Of a DNA stretch of 64,000 nt, positions 27,991-39,809 are shown piece by piece (the stretch's first letter is position 1; each line of letters starts with the position of its first letter). The stretch covers positions 7,389 to 71,388 of the forward strand of contig CAZWFY010000009.1 of the NCBI GenBank assembly GCA_964633415.1, in the 5' to 3' direction. The notes under the pieces are model-generated. The model was not told the DNA's origin, made no database searches, and saw only the letters and a program-made list of their open reading frames with translations. Source of the stretch: an uncultured Clostridia bacterium (GTDB taxonomy: Bacteria; Acidobacteriota; Aminicenantia; UBA2199). The translations under genes were made by a program, and so were the position numbers.

Positions 27991-29295
27991 ATGGATACTT
28001 ATAAAGATTTTTTAAAAGAACTCGATTGGCGAGGAATGATCCATAACATCACTCCGGGTGCGGAAAGGCAGCTTGAGAAAGAGATGACAATCGCTTATGT
28101 CGGGATTGATCCTACAGCAGATTCACTTCATATCGGACACCTTGTTTCACTGATGATGTTGAAACACTTCCAGATGAAAGGACATAAACCGCTTGTTCTG
28201 GTTGGAGGTGCAACCGGAATGATAGGAGATCCGTCGGGAAAATCCGAAGAGAGAAATCTGCTTGATGAAAAAACTTTATTACAAAATCAGAGATTGATTA
28301 AAGATCAGATATCAAAATTTCTCAACTTTGACACAAATATAAACAATTGTGCCGAAATGGTTAACAATTACGACTGGATGAAGAAATATTCTTTCCTTGA
28401 TTTTATAAGAGAGATCGGCAAACATATTACCGTTAATTATATGATAGCAAAAGATTCGGTAAAAAAAAGAATAGGTGAGGACTCCTCATCAGGGATGTCT
28501 TTTACGGAGTTTTCCTATCAACTCGTTCAAGCTACCGATTTTCTTGAACTCTATCTTAATAAAAACTGTAAACTTCAAATGGGAGGATCCGACCAGTGGG
28601 GCAATATCACGACGGGGATCGAACTGATAAGAAAAAAGACAGGCGGGGAAGTATTTGCTCTGACATGTCCTCTGATAACAAAAAGCGACGGGTCAAAATT
28701 CGGCAAAACAGAGACCGGAAATATATGGCTCGATCCGGATAAAACTTCTCCATATAAGTTTTATCAATTCTGGATAGATACATCGGATAAAGATGCGGAA
28801 AAATATATAAAGATATTCACTATTCTTAATAAACATGAAATAGAAGAACTTATTAACGAACATAATAAAGCTCCTCATCTGAGATTACTTCAGAAAAAAC
28901 TTGCGGAAGAGATTACCATCATGGTCCATTCCAAAGAGGATTTTTTTAATGCAAAAGAGGCTTCCGGAATACTATTCGGAGCAGGGACAAAAGAAACTCT
29001 GGAAAATTTAAATGAAAAAGATTTTCTATCGGTGTTTGACGGAGTACCTAATTTCAATATTCCGGAGAAAGATCTCTCATCGGGAGTCAACATCACGGAT
29101 CTTTTGTCGGTTCGGACAAATATACTATCATCAAAAAGTGAAGCGAGAAGACTTATAAAAAACGGTGGTTTAAGTATAAATAAGGAAAAAATATTAAATG
29201 AAACTCAAATAATCAATTCGGATTTTCTTATAAACGGAAAATATATTCTTGCTCAAATTGGAAAGAAAAAATATTTTCTGATAATAATCAAATAG
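27991..29295 (+). CDS. tyrS: Tyrosine--tRNA ligase
   Basis: HIGH motif (LHIGHLV), [19 protein letters not shown] (KMSKS equivalent) and C-terminal S4-like domain. Confidence 0.9.
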   Translation: MDTYKDFLKELDWRGMIHNITPGAERQLEKEMTIAYVGIDPTADSLHIGHLVSLMMLKHFQMKGHKPLVLVGGATGMIGDPSGKSEERNLLDEKTLLQNQRLIKDQISKFLNFDTNINNCAEMVNNYDWMKKYSFLDFIREIGKHITVNYMIAKDSVKKRIGEDSSSGMSFTEFSYQLVQATDFLELYLNKNCKLQMGGSDQWGNITTGIELIRKKTGGEVFALTCPLITKSDGSKFGKTETGNIWLDPDKTSPYKFYQFWIDTSDKDAEKYIKIFTILNKHEIEELINEHNKAPHLRLLQKKLAEEITIMVHSKEDFFNAKEASGILFGAGTKETLENLNEKDFLSVFDGVPNFNIPEKDLSSGVNITDLLSVRTNILSSKSEARRLIKNGGLSINKEKILNETQIINSDFLINGKYILAQIGKKKYFLIIIK

Positions 29296-29306
29296 CTTCC
29301 GGAAAA

Positions 29307-30611
29307 TCAACCCGATCTCTCTGCTATTTTAACAATGTTATGCAATAAAAACTTAGTAAGGAAACTTCTATTATCTCCCTCCATTAGAGTTAAAATCACA
29401 TCGGAATAAATCTTAAAATTCTTTAGTCTCTTTTTAGGGACAGAACTCTTTGATGGAGATCTCAATCTTAACGGATTGATATATCTTCTCCCTCTCTGAA
29501 TCCCATAATGGAGATGCGGTCCGGTTGAACGTCCGGTGCTTCCGACATATCCGATAATTTTCCCCTGAACAACATATTTTCCTCTCCTTATACCTGGTTT
29601 TATTCCTGATAAATGGTAATAATGTGTTTTATAATTATTTTTGTGAGAGATTATGATAAACCGTCCTCTGACCCGACTATATCCGGTCCTAAAAACAACT
29701 CCGTCTCCGGAAACACGTATCACAGTCCCTCTTGGTGCTCCGAAATCCACACCGTTATGATTTGCCGAAAAACCAAGTATCGGATGTTTTCTTAATCCGA
29801 AACGTGATGTAACTCTCATAAAGGGCAGAGGGCATCTCAGGAACATTTTTCTTACTGCTTTTCCATCAGGATGGAAATATGAATATTTTCCCTTTTGGAA
29901 TTCAAATCTTACAGTCCGAATAATTTTCCCCCTGTTTACAAACTTAGCGGCAATTAAATGACCGTATCCTACAAATTTATTTTGCACATATTTTTTTTCT
30001 ATTAAAACCGTAAAAGAATCATTTTGTCTTATATCTCTGTTGAAATCCACATCATATTCAAAAAGTGAAGCCATCAGATCAGCGAGTTCACCTTTTTCTC
30101 CCAATCTAAGTATCGTTTGAAAAAGAGACTCTTCAATCACTCCTTTGATTACCGAAAGTTTGGTTTTTATTGGAATATTGATCACATCGGCAGAAAATTT
30201 TCCTTTTTTATTTTTTATTAATAAAAAACTACTATAATTAATAAAATATTTTATACTTCCCAAACCCGACCCATTATATCTAACCACATATTCATTTCCG
30301 ATTTTAATTTTCCTTACATCAAATACTTTTGTTACGGCATTGATGATTATCTCTCTCTCATTAGCATTAATATTTTCATCATACAGAATCTTTTCAATAG
30401 TTGTACCGCTTCTTACCTTTCGCTTGAATTCAATAAAAGGCGGAGACAGAGTTTGTATATTTATATTTCCGCTTGTAACACTTTCAACCTGCCTGTTATC
30501 GGTAGTGAAAAATCCAAAAAACATTTTAATAAGTGAAACTGCCATAAATAAAAGCAGGAAAATTATTACAAAAGCTCTAACTCTTATTAAATATATTTTT
30601 TTTATCTTCAT
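29307..30611 (-). CDS. M23-family metallopeptidase (membrane-anchored)
   Basis: HNGVDFGAPRGTVIRVSGDGVV and GSTGRSTGPHLHYGI are HxxxD/HxH zinc motifs of LytM/M23. N-terminal TM. Confidence 0.8.
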   Translation of the reverse strand: MKIKKIYLIRVRAFVIIFLLLFMAVSLIKMFFGFFTTDNRQVESVTSGNINIQTLSPPFIEFKRKVRSGTTIEKILYDENINANEREIIINAVTKVFDVRKIKIGNEYVVRYNGSGLGSIKYFINYSSFLLIKNKKGKFSADVINIPIKTKLSVIKGVIEESLFQTILRLGEKGELADLMASLFEYDVDFNRDIRQNDSFTVLIEKKYVQNKFVGYGHLIAAKFVNRGKIIRTVRFEFQKGKYSYFHPDGKAVRKMFLRCPLPFMRVTSRFGLRKHPILGFSANHNGVDFGAPRGTVIRVSGDGVVFRTGYSRVRGRFIIISHKNNYKTHYYHLSGIKPGIRRGKYVVQGKIIGYVGSTGRSTGPHLHYGIQRGRRYINPLRLRSPSKSSVPKKRLKNFKIYSDVILTLMEGDNRSFLTKFLLHNIVKIAERSG

Positions 30612-30761
30612 AGAAACTGATTCTACTAATGTTATAGGAGTAAATCAAATTTAAATTAGATACTTTTTATTAATAAAAAAATTTAAATATTTATAAAGGT
30701 TTTAAGATTAAACTTTGCTCAACTTTCAGTTGATCGGTTAATCTGATATAATTGTAACACT

Positions 30762-33356
30762 ATGATTAAGTATGCTATGAAAAAAATCTTCGGAACAAGA
30801 AATGAGAGGGAACTAAAAAAATTCATACCGACAGTAGAAAAGATCAACGATCTGGAGCCGTCAATAGTTAAACTTTCCGATGAAGAGTTGAAAAACAAGA
30901 CAATTCATTTCAGAGAAAGGATAAAATCAGGTGAAACACTTGATGATATTCTACCCGAAGCATTCGCCGTAGTAAGAGAGACAGGGAAACGTGTCCTGAA
31001 TATGAGGCATTTTGATGTTCAGTTAATGGGTGGAATTGTCCTTCATCAGGGTAAAATTGCTGAAATGAAAACAGGGGAAGGGAAAACTCTCGTAGCTACT
31101 CTTTCCGCATATTTAAATGCATTGGAAGGGAAAGGTGTTCATGTAGTCACCGTTAACGATTATCTCGCCCAGAGAGATTCTGAGTGGATGGGTAATATTT
31201 ATAGATTCCTTGGGCTGTCAGTCGGGGTTATTCAACATGAAATGGATGATATGGAGAGAAAAGAGGCATACAATTGTGATGTAACTTACGGAACTAACAA
31301 TGAATTCGGGTTCGATTATCTTAGAGATAATATGAAATTTGATGTGGATCTTTTATGCCAGAAAGAATTTAATTTTGCAATTGTCGACGAAGTTGACTCT
31401 ATTCTCATTGATGAAGCGAGAACACCCTTGATAATTTCAGGTCCTACTGAAGAATCAACATCAATCTATTATCAGGTAAATGATTTTGTTAAAAGGATAA
31501 AGAAAGATAGTGAAACATATGAAGTTGATGAAAAATCTAAAACAGTTGTTTTAACCGAAAAAGGTATAACCGAAGCAGAAAAGTTTTTTAAAGTTAATAA
31601 CCTCTATGATCTTAACAATATGGATACTCTCCATCAAACTTATCAATCTCTTAAAGCACATCTTCTGTTTTCAAGAGATGTTGATTATCTGGTAAAAGAT
31701 AATCAGGTTATTATCGTTGATGAATTTACCGGCAGGATGATGCCGGGGAGAAGATTCTCCGACGGACTTCATCAAGCTCTCGAAGCAAAAGAAAATGTCA
31801 AGATAGAGCAGGAGTATCAGACACTTGCAACTATAACATTTCAGAATCTTTTCAGAATGTATAAAAAGTTATCGGGAATGACCGGAACAGCTGTAACGGA
31901 AGCTCCTGAATTTAATGCAATATATAACCTTGATGTAATTGAAATCCCGACAAATAAAACACTTATTAGAATAGAATATCCCGATGTTATTTTCGGTAGT
32001 AAAGATGAAAAATGGAATGCTGTTGCAAATGAGATAAAAGAGTTGAATCGTAAAGGACAACCTGTTCTTGTCGGTACAATCTCAATTGAAAATTCGGAAT
32101 TGATAAGCAGAAAATTGAAAAGGGAGCAGGTAAAACACCATGTTCTAAATGCTAAATATCATGAAATGGAAGCAGAAATAGTTGCTCAGGCCGGAAGAAA
32201 AGGATCCGTTACGATAGCTACAAATATGGCCGGAAGAGGAACCGACATTATTCTCGGTGGAAATCCGGAATTCATCTTAATTGAAGAACTTAAAAAGAAA
32301 GGATATACTCCGGAAACAGCACCCGGAGATATGACTGAAACTCTTATGGAAGATGTAAAAGCCAGACAAAAAATAGAGCAAAAAGATGTCCTTGCACTTG
32401 GGGGACTCCATATTCTCGGAACGGAAAGACACGAATCAAGAAGAATTGACAATCAGTTGAGAGGAAGATCGGGAAGACAGGGTGATCCCGGGTCATCGCG
32501 TTTTTACATATCTCTTGAAGATGACCTGATGAAAATACTCGGGAGTGAAAGGATTCGCGGATTATTGGTCAGAGCCGGTATGAATGAAGGGAATCCGATT
32601 GAGAACAGATTTGTCACAAAAGCTATTGAGAATGCCCAGAAACAGATAGAAGGACAAAACTTTCTTATGAGAAAACATCTCCTTGAATATGATGATGTAA
32701 TGAATAAACAGAGAAAGCTTATCTATTCAATAAGAAAAGATATTTTATACGGGAAAGATTTTAAAGATCACATTTCGGAATTGACAACGGAGATATTCGA
32801 CAGTATCTTAGGCTATCACTGTGATGAAAACAAGGAACCGGAAGAGTGGAATTTTGACTCGTTTAAAAAGGAAATAACCGCTCAATTCGGAATAAACGTT
32901 GATGATGTAATTAAAGAAGACTATATTGATGTCCCCTATTTTGAACTTAGAGACACTTTATTAAATTATTTAAAATCAATTTACTCGGAAAAAGAGCAGA
33001 TGATCGGATCTGACAACTTAAGAGAATTCGAACGTTGGGTAATGTTACAGATAATAGATTCTCAATGGAAGGATCATCTGTTAAATGTAGATCATCTTAA
33101 AGAAGGCATAGGGTTAAGGGGATATGCACAAAAGGATCCGCTCATTGAGTATAAGAAAGAGAGTTTCGAACTCTTTCAGGAACTTCAGGACAGAATTGAT
33201 GACGAAATTATTAAAACACTTTTCCTGTTTCAACCTGTTCCGGAAGAAGAGATTGAGAGTTTGAGAAAAAAGAAAAAATCCAGTCTCTCTAAACCAAGTT
33301 CCAAAATGCCCGGAAGAAGGTCGGGAAAAAGAAAAAAGAAAAAAAAGAGAAGGTAA
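30762..33356 (+). CDS. secA: Preprotein translocase ATPase SecA
   Basis: Full-length SecA ([15 protein letters not shown]..., [10 protein letters not shown] Walker [20 protein letters not shown]). The C-terminus is a K/R-rich tail without a zinc finger. Confidence 0.95.
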   Translation: MIKYAMKKIFGTRNERELKKFIPTVEKINDLEPSIVKLSDEELKNKTIHFRERIKSGETLDDILPEAFAVVRETGKRVLNMRHFDVQLMGGIVLHQGKIAEMKTGEGKTLVATLSAYLNALEGKGVHVVTVNDYLAQRDSEWMGNIYRFLGLSVGVIQHEMDDMERKEAYNCDVTYGTNNEFGFDYLRDNMKFDVDLLCQKEFNFAIVDEVDSILIDEARTPLIISGPTEESTSIYYQVNDFVKRIKKDSETYEVDEKSKTVVLTEKGITEAEKFFKVNNLYDLNNMDTLHQTYQSLKAHLLFSRDVDYLVKDNQVIIVDEFTGRMMPGRRFSDGLHQALEAKENVKIEQEYQTLATITFQNLFRMYKKLSGMTGTAVTEAPEFNAIYNLDVIEIPTNKTLIRIEYPDVIFGSKDEKWNAVANEIKELNRKGQPVLVGTISIENSELISRKLKREQVKHHVLNAKYHEMEAEIVAQAGRKGSVTIATNMAGRGTDIILGGNPEFILIEELKKKGYTPETAPGDMTETLMEDVKARQKIEQKDVLALGGLHILGTERHESRRIDNQLRGRSGRQGDPGSSRFYISLEDDLMKILGSERIRGLLVRAGMNEGNPIENRFVTKAIENAQKQIEGQNFLMRKHLLEYDDVMNKQRKLIYSIRKDILYGKDFKDHISELTTEIFDSILGYHCDENKEPEEWNFDSFKKEITAQFGINVDDVIKEDYIDVPYFELRDTLLNYLKSIYSEKEQMIGSDNLREFERWVMLQIIDSQWKDHLLNVDHLKEGIGLRGYAQKDPLIEYKKESFELFQELQDRIDDEIIKTLFLFQPVPEEEIESLRKKKKSSLSKPSSKMPGRRSGKRKKKKKRR

Positions 33357-33361
33357 TTAAT

Positions 33362-34828
33362 ATGGAAAATAAATTTACCGAATATGATGGACTCACGTTT
33401 GATGATGTCTTACTTGTCCCCGGATATTCCGAGGCTATTCCGCGAGAAGTAGATGTTTCTGCAAAATTATGTAAAGACATTATTCTTAACATTCCTTTGA
33501 TATCAGCCGCAATGGATACTGTTTCGGAATCCCGGATGGCTATTGCTATGGCTCAGATGGGAGGAATATCAATTATACATAAGAATATGTCTATCGAAGA
33601 ACAAGCTCTCGAAGTAAGAAAAGTTAAAAGATCCGAATCCGGAATAATTGTTGACCCGATAACTCTTAATCCTGAAAATAAAATATACGAAGCCCTGCAA
33701 CTTGTTAAAAACAAGGGTATTTCCGGTCTTCCGATTATTGATAAAAAAGGTAAACTGAAAGGTATTCTGACAAACAGAGATATGAGATTTGCCACGGAAA
33801 CAGAACGAGAGATAAAAGAATTTATGACATCTGAAAATCTTATAACAGTAAGCGAGGATACTTCTCCGGAAGAAGCCAAAAAACTTCTGAATCAAAACAA
33901 GATAGAAAAACTTCCTGTAGTTGATAAAACCAATACACTTGTAGGTTTAATAACATTAAAGGATATTCTTAAATCCGAACAATTTCCGAAAGCATCAAAG
34001 GATAGTTTCGGCAGATTACTTGTGGGAGCTGCAGTTGGAACGGCAAAAGATACAATGGAGAGGGTTAAAGCCCTTATTAGAGAAAGAGCAGATGTAATTG
34101 TTGTCGATACATCTCACGGCCATTCTAAAAAAGTTCTTGATACCGTAAAAAAAATAAGAAAATCCTACAAGGATATTGCAATTATAGGCGGAAATATTGC
34201 CACTGGAGAAGCCGCTCTGGCACTAATTGAAGCAGGTGCCGATGCCGTTAAAGTAGGAATAGGTCCGGGCTCAATATGCACAACGAGAATTGTCACCGGA
34301 GCGGGGATGCCTCAAATAGCAGCTCTTATCGAGATAAAAAAAGCTGTGAAAAACAGAGTTCCGATTATAGCCGACGGAGGTATCAAATTTTCGGGAGATG
34401 TCACAAAAGCACTTGCAGCAGGAGCTGACACCGTCATGATAGGATCACTGCTTGCGGGAACCGATGAAAGCCCGGGGGAACTTATTATATATCAGGGACG
34501 GACCTATAAAAAATATAGAGGAATGGGTTCTATAAGTGCCATGAAACAAGGCAGCAAGGACAGATATTTTCAGGAAGATGAATATTCGGAATCAAAGTTA
34601 ATACCGGAAGGAATAGAAGGCAGAGTCCCATATAGAGGAAGTGTTATGGAGATAGTTCCGTTAATGATAGGCGGGATACGTGCCGGAATGGGATTAACAG
34701 GATGCAAAACAATTGTGGACCTTCACAACAAAGCAAAATTTGTCAAGATCACAGGAGCATCATTGAAGGAGAGTCACGTTCATGATGTTATGATCACGGA
34801 AGAGTCCCCCAATTATCGTTTGGACTGA
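33362..34828 (+). CDS. guaB: IMP dehydrogenase
   Basis: CBS pair plus [11 protein letters not shown] catalytic Cys loop and [12 protein letters not shown]. Confidence 0.9.
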   Translation: MENKFTEYDGLTFDDVLLVPGYSEAIPREVDVSAKLCKDIILNIPLISAAMDTVSESRMAIAMAQMGGISIIHKNMSIEEQALEVRKVKRSESGIIVDPITLNPENKIYEALQLVKNKGISGLPIIDKKGKLKGILTNRDMRFATETEREIKEFMTSENLITVSEDTSPEEAKKLLNQNKIEKLPVVDKTNTLVGLITLKDILKSEQFPKASKDSFGRLLVGAAVGTAKDTMERVKALIRERADVIVVDTSHGHSKKVLDTVKKIRKSYKDIAIIGGNIATGEAALALIEAGADAVKVGIGPGSICTTRIVTGAGMPQIAALIEIKKAVKNRVPIIADGGIKFSGDVTKALAAGADTVMIGSLLAGTDESPGELIIYQGRTYKKYRGMGSISAMKQGSKDRYFQEDEYSESKLIPEGIEGRVPYRGSVMEIVPLMIGGIRAGMGLTGCKTIVDLHNKAKFVKITGASLKESHVHDVMITEESPNYRLD

Positions 34829-34871
34829 TCTGATATCTTTTTTTATTTCCAATAATACTTTTGTATCGGTA

Positions 34872-35936
34872 TCAAATTTTTATAAGGTTATATTCCGTAT
34901 TACCGAATCCCAACTCTTTCGAATGATCAAGTTGAACTCTATAAGGGATATCGTATGAAACCCCGGACAATTTTTTCCCTATTCTCTCCTCAACAAGATC
35001 AAGTGATGCCGAATCAATCGCTACCGGGTCACTTGATATAAGAATACCTATATCCGGAGCGATCTGTTCATAAGAATTCATACAATCACAATCTTTTGAG
35101 ATATTTGTAAGAAAATTAATAAAGATCATCTTTCCCATCTTCGTTTTACTAACCCCCAAAGCATGTTCCACTATCTTCTTTTGAAGTCTTTCGTAACTTT
35201 CACTCCAGTTATATCCGACTGCATCAAATCTACAGACAGCAAGGCATTCACCGCAACCTATGCAAACGCTTTTATTAATATAAGCTTTCCCTTCAACAAA
35301 CGATATAGCTTCCACCGGGCACCACTTTATACACTCTCCGCAGGCAGTGCAGAATTTTTTTTTTATTTTCGGTTTTGATGTAGAGTGCTGGACCATCTTT
35401 CCTCTACGGCTCGAAAGTCCCATTCCAAGATTTTTCAGAGTTCCTCCGAATCCTGAAACAATGTGCCCTGTAAAATGTGTAACAACAACTAATGATTGTA
35501 TCTTTTCAACAAGTGAAGCGATAGAAACTTTATTGTAAAATTTTCCTTCTATCGCTATCTCAATTTCTTCATCTCCCATCAATCCGTCGGACATAATTAT
35601 CGGCATTCCCGTATTCTCTATTGAAAATCCCTGTCTGTTTGCATGCATAATGTGATCTATCGCATTTGTTCTGTTCCCTCGGTATAGTGTCGATGTCTCC
35701 GTTAGAAAAGGCAAACCACCCATATCTTTTATAAGCTCTCCAATTACTTTTAAATAGGTCGACCTTACAAACCCACTCTTCGGACCTTCTCCGAAGTGAG
35801 TTTTGACGGCAACCATATCTTTTTTACTGATAAATGAAAAAAAAGAATTTTCCTTTAAGCTCTTTTTAAATTTCCCAATAAGACTATCTTCGGATTCACT
35901 TTCTTTGATCTCAATAAAAAATACTTTAGAACTCAT
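34872..35936 (-). CDS. DUF362-domain protein with 2x[4Fe-4S] ferredoxin insert
   Basis: CTACGECIKWCP and CIGCGECLAVC motifs within a DUF362-like scaffold. Confidence 0.6.
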   Translation of the reverse strand: MSSKVFFIEIKESESEDSLIGKFKKSLKENSFFSFISKKDMVAVKTHFGEGPKSGFVRSTYLKVIGELIKDMGGLPFLTETSTLYRGNRTNAIDHIMHANRQGFSIENTGMPIIMSDGLMGDEEIEIAIEGKFYNKVSIASLVEKIQSLVVVTHFTGHIVSGFGGTLKNLGMGLSSRRGKMVQHSTSKPKIKKKFCTACGECIKWCPVEAISFVEGKAYINKSVCIGCGECLAVCRFDAVGYNWSESYERLQKKIVEHALGVSKTKMGKMIFINFLTNISKDCDCMNSYEQIAPDIGILISSDPVAIDSASLDLVEERIGKKLSGVSYDIPYRVQLDHSKELGFGNTEYNLIKI

Positions 35937-36025
35937 TAATTCTTTCCCTCCGTTAACTTTTAATTATAGAATAATCTATTCTTTTTTTGAATTCGATATT
36001 AAGATAATCTGATCAGAAAGATTAG

Positions 36026-38329
36026 TTAAAGATCTTTTCTGTTTTCAATAACATCTTCTATTTTATCTCTTAATCCCTCTACTAAAGCTTTAATCTCACT
36101 TAAAGATGCCCCTCTTTTATAAGCAGCATCAAGATTCCTTGAAACCGTTTCAAGCTCGGTAAGGCTGAAATATCCCGCATTTCCCTTTAAAGTATGTGCG
36201 ATCCTTGCAATCATCTCATTTTCTTCTGAAATTTTATCTCTACTTATCACCTTATTTAAAAAGCTCCTTTTCTCACTCAAATCTTCCAGAAGTACATTGA
36301 ATGCTTTTCCGAATAAATTATCCTTTTTCGGAATTCTGTCCGTATCTCTCTGTTTAATCATTTCACTTTCACTGTTACTCTCTGCCGACTCAAAAAGCCT
36401 GTACATCTCAGAGAATAACAGTTCAAAATCTATAGGTTTCGACATGAGAGAATCAATGATATCACTAAGGTCATCTCCATTCTCAAACTTTAGATCCGCC
36501 GTCAAAAGGATTATAGGTATTTTTACCTTCTTTTTCCTTAATTCTATTGCCGCTTCCATACCTGATAATTCAGGCATCTTATTATCCATTATTATTATAT
36601 CCGGATTATAAAAATCAATTTGATGCAATAACTCTTTTCCATCATTAACAAGTTTAACAAAATTAAAGCCTCTCATCCTCAAAGCTTCATTTAATAATTC
36701 CCGATTAAAAATATCATCTTCGGCTACAACTATTCTTCTGTTTAAATATTTGTCAATATCTTCACGATTGATGGAATTTTTCTTGTCAGACAATTTATAT
36801 TCTATTACCTCCGTTCTATTTGCAGGCAATGTTACGGAAAACTTGGAACCTTTTCCAAAACCCGATTCAAAACTGATCTCACCACCCATTAGTTCTGCAA
36901 GATTTTTTGAAATCACAAGACCGAGACCGGTTCCGGAACTATTAATCATTAATGAATTCTTGTCTGAAAAAAACGGGTCGAAGATCCTTTGCTTTGAATC
37001 CTCTTCAATCCCAATCCCCGTATCAGTCACTGAAAACTTTATAACTTCGGATTCAGATATATAATCTATATCAAGTGTCACCGATCCTTCTATAGTAAAT
37101 TTTAATGAGTTTGAAAGGAAATTTCCCAATATCTGCTGTATTCGCCTCATATCTCCATAAACTGTTTTAGGTACGGTCTCTCTTTTTTTTATCTCAAACC
37201 GTACAGCTTTTTCACTAAAAAGATGATCAAATAACGAGGAAATATTTTCAATAAGATCATCTACTTCATATTGTTGAATATTCAATTTTATTTTTCCCGC
37301 TTCAATTTTTGAAACATCAAGAATATCATTAATCAGGTTTTCTAAAATCTTCCCCGATTTTTTTATATTTGAAACATATTTTTTCTGCTTATCATTAGTA
37401 TCCGTTCCGGTCATAAGATCAGCAAATCCATTTATGGCATTTAAAGGAGTTCTCATATCATGAGACATATTCGCTAAAAATACAGACTTGAATTTTACAG
37501 CCTCTTCCGCTCTGTTTTTCTGAATTTCCATCTCATTATATGCTGACTCCAATTCCTGCTCCATTTCAACCCTTAATGTAATATCTTTTTTAATTGCACC
37601 GTAACCGATTATTTCATCATTATCAAGTTTGACCGGAAAAATTGTTGCTTCTTCTATAAAGTCTTCACCGTTTTTTTTTCTGTTGGTAAATTCACCCTGC
37701 CAGACTTCTCCCGAACTTATTGTTTCCCACAGATATTCAAAATATTTCTTCGGATACTTTGCAGCCGGAGATTTCAGAATCCTCGGATTCTTTCCTATAG
37801 CTTCATCAAATGAATATCCCGTATTTATTTCAAAAAAACGATTAACATACTCAATATTTCCTTTTGTATCCGTTAGAACAATTGAATCTGCGGCTTGATC
37901 GACAAGCGTTGCCATTCGTGCCAACTGGAGTTCGGATTGTTTGCGTATCGTTATATCTTCGATTATTCCATCTATTATAAAAGATTTATCATCAATATAT
38001 CCTGCAATTTTTTCCGTCAATTTAACCCAGATCATATCTCCGTTCTTCTTCTTTAGTTTGATTTCACTACCATGGACCTCATTATTGTTTTTTAATATTT
38101 CAATCAAATTATTCCTGTCTGAGGATTCACAATACAATTCGGAAACTTTGATATTTAGCATCTCTTCCTCGGAATCATAATTCAAAATATCAACCATAAA
38201 CCTATTTACTTTTAAAAACTTTCCTTTTGAAGTAGTTCTGAAAATCCCTACCGGAATATTAGAGAGGATGGTCTCAAAATTTTTGATCTCTTTTTTATTG
38301 AGATCATCAATCTCTATTTTTTTTTTCAT
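36026..38329 (-). CDS. Hybrid sensor histidine kinase: PAS domains, HisKA/HATPase, receiver and C-terminal HPt
   Basis: H-box MSHDMRTPLNAINGF. G-boxes GTGLGLVISK. REC IVVAEDD...IIIMDNKMPELSGMEA. HPt IAHTLKGNAGYFSL. Confidence 0.8.
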   Translation of the reverse strand: MKKKIEIDDLNKKEIKNFETILSNIPVGIFRTTSKGKFLKVNRFMVDILNYDSEEEMLNIKVSELYCESSDRNNLIEILKNNNEVHGSEIKLKKKNGDMIWVKLTEKIAGYIDDKSFIIDGIIEDITIRKQSELQLARMATLVDQAADSIVLTDTKGNIEYVNRFFEINTGYSFDEAIGKNPRILKSPAAKYPKKYFEYLWETISSGEVWQGEFTNRKKNGEDFIEEATIFPVKLDNDEIIGYGAIKKDITLRVEMEQELESAYNEMEIQKNRAEEAVKFKSVFLANMSHDMRTPLNAINGFADLMTGTDTNDKQKKYVSNIKKSGKILENLINDILDVSKIEAGKIKLNIQQYEVDDLIENISSLFDHLFSEKAVRFEIKKRETVPKTVYGDMRRIQQILGNFLSNSLKFTIEGSVTLDIDYISESEVIKFSVTDTGIGIEEDSKQRIFDPFFSDKNSLMINSSGTGLGLVISKNLAELMGGEISFESGFGKGSKFSVTLPANRTEVIEYKLSDKKNSINREDIDKYLNRRIVVAEDDIFNRELLNEALRMRGFNFVKLVNDGKELLHQIDFYNPDIIIMDNKMPELSGMEAAIELRKKKVKIPIILLTADLKFENGDDLSDIIDSLMSKPIDFELLFSEMYRLFESAESNSESEMIKQRDTDRIPKKDNLFGKAFNVLLEDLSEKRSFLNKVISRDKISEENEMIARIAHTLKGNAGYFSLTELETVSRNLDAAYKRGASLSEIKALVEGLRDKIEDVIENRKDL

Positions 38330-38372
38330 TATCGGAACAGATTATAATTATCTTTCAGCATATATAAAATTG

Positions 38373-39005
38373 CTAATCAAGAGACCTTTTAATTTCAGAA
38401 ATAGCAAGTTCCACTTCGGCTCTTTCATCTATGTTTTGAGGAGCAATGATCAGCAGATAAAAATTTACTTCCCGTAATTTAAAACGCCTTAGAACGATCT
38501 TATCAAGATTATTAATATCCATAGATATATTATTAGCTTCACTCTGATGTAAAAAAGATTCGGCTTTTTCAAGAGATTCACCTAGAATAGATGCATAAGC
38601 GGCAAGAACCTGATCTTCAGCAGGGCTATTGTAAACCGCCAATGGCAAACCATCCTCATCCGCAATAACAGCTCCCTCAAAGGAACCTCTTTTACACATT
38701 ACAGCCAGCAATTTATAGAGAGGATCATCACCGTCAATTTCAAAATCAATATTTTTTTCAACCGTTTTATTTTCAGATGAATAATCCTTAAAAACATCCG
38801 GATCTTCAATATTTTCGGACAACTCTCTATTGGCATTGAAATCATCGTGTTTAATAAAATTTGTTGAATAATTTACTTCCGTTAACTCCGACTTAAAGAC
38901 AGATGAAGAATTAATACCTCCAACGGTTTCTTCACCTCCCGATAACTCCTTCAGGAGATCTACCGTTTCGGAAAGATCAAAAGAGTCCGGCAATAGGTTC
39001 GTCAT
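38373..39005 (-). CDS. Roadblock/LC7 (MglB-like) domain protein with acidic N-terminal extension
   Basis: C-terminal KRGSFEGAVIADEDGLPLAVYNSPAEDQVLAAYASILGE is Roadblock-like. The first ~100 aa are acidic and low-complexity. Overlaps the upstream parA-like gene by 29 nt. Confidence 0.5.
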   Translation of the reverse strand: MTNLLPDSFDLSETVDLLKELSGGEETVGGINSSSVFKSELTEVNYSTNFIKHDDFNANRELSENIEDPDVFKDYSSENKTVEKNIDFEIDGDDPLYKLLAVMCKRGSFEGAVIADEDGLPLAVYNSPAEDQVLAAYASILGESLEKAESFLHQSEANNISMDINNLDKIVLRRFKLREVNFYLLIIAPQNIDERAEVELAISEIKRSLD

Positions 39006-39786
39006 TTTCTTCTCCTTTCAAAAGTTTGCTGTTCCTCTCCTGAAGTTCGAGGGCAAGATCAATAAATATACGCCCCTGTTCAGCTCCGTTTGGCATCAAT
39101 GAGACGGGTACGGCAAACATTCCGGCTCTTTCAAAATATTCATTAAACGGAATTACAGTTCTAAATAGTGTCTTTTCGGGGAACACATCATTAATCTTTG
39201 AAAATATATCAGACTCAATTCTACTGGAAGAATTAAACATATTAATAAGAACTCCTTCAAGATCAAGAGTCGGGTTTTTTTCATCCCGGACCATTTTCAT
39301 AGCTTTTAAAAATAGTGGAATGGTTTTCAGTGAAAAAGTTTTGCAATTTACCACAAGAATAGTCGAATCACTCACGGAAAGGAGAGAAGTTACAACCGAC
39401 CCTATTCCCGCAGGTGCATCAATAATAATATATTTATATTTATCCGAAAGACCTTTAATTGCATTCCCGAGATCTCCATTCCTTGCCATATTCTCAATAA
39501 GATCTATATCCTTAGGTTCGGGACTTCCCATACCGAGAATATTCAGGAATTTATCCTTAGTCATTTCAACCGCACTTGAAATATCGGAACTTACTTTCAA
39601 AACATCTATTATCCCCAATTTAGTCCTTTTTTTCAGATTACTTGCAACAGAGATACCTCCTTGAGGATCACCGTCCACAAGTAAAACCGAGTTTCCCAGT
39701 TTTCCAAGAGTATAGGCAAGATTAAATGCGATAGTTGTCTTACCGACCCCGCCTTTCTGACTCGCAATAGTAATTATTTTTGACAT
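38977..39786 (-). CDS. ParA/MinD-family P-loop ATPase
   Basis: KIITIASQKGGVGKTTIAFNLA deviant Walker A and LLVDGDPQG. Confidence 0.8.
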   Translation of the reverse strand: MSKIITIASQKGGVGKTTIAFNLAYTLGKLGNSVLLVDGDPQGGISVASNLKKRTKLGIIDVLKVSSDISSAVEMTKDKFLNILGMGSPEPKDIDLIENMARNGDLGNAIKGLSDKYKYIIIDAPAGIGSVVTSLLSVSDSTILVVNCKTFSLKTIPLFLKAMKMVRDEKNPTLDLEGVLINMFNSSSRIESDIFSKINDVFPEKTLFRTVIPFNEYFERAGMFAVPVSLMPNGAEQGRIFIDLALELQERNSKLLKGEENDEPIAGLF

Positions 39787-39809
39787 TAGTATAACTCCGG
39801 TTTACATCT

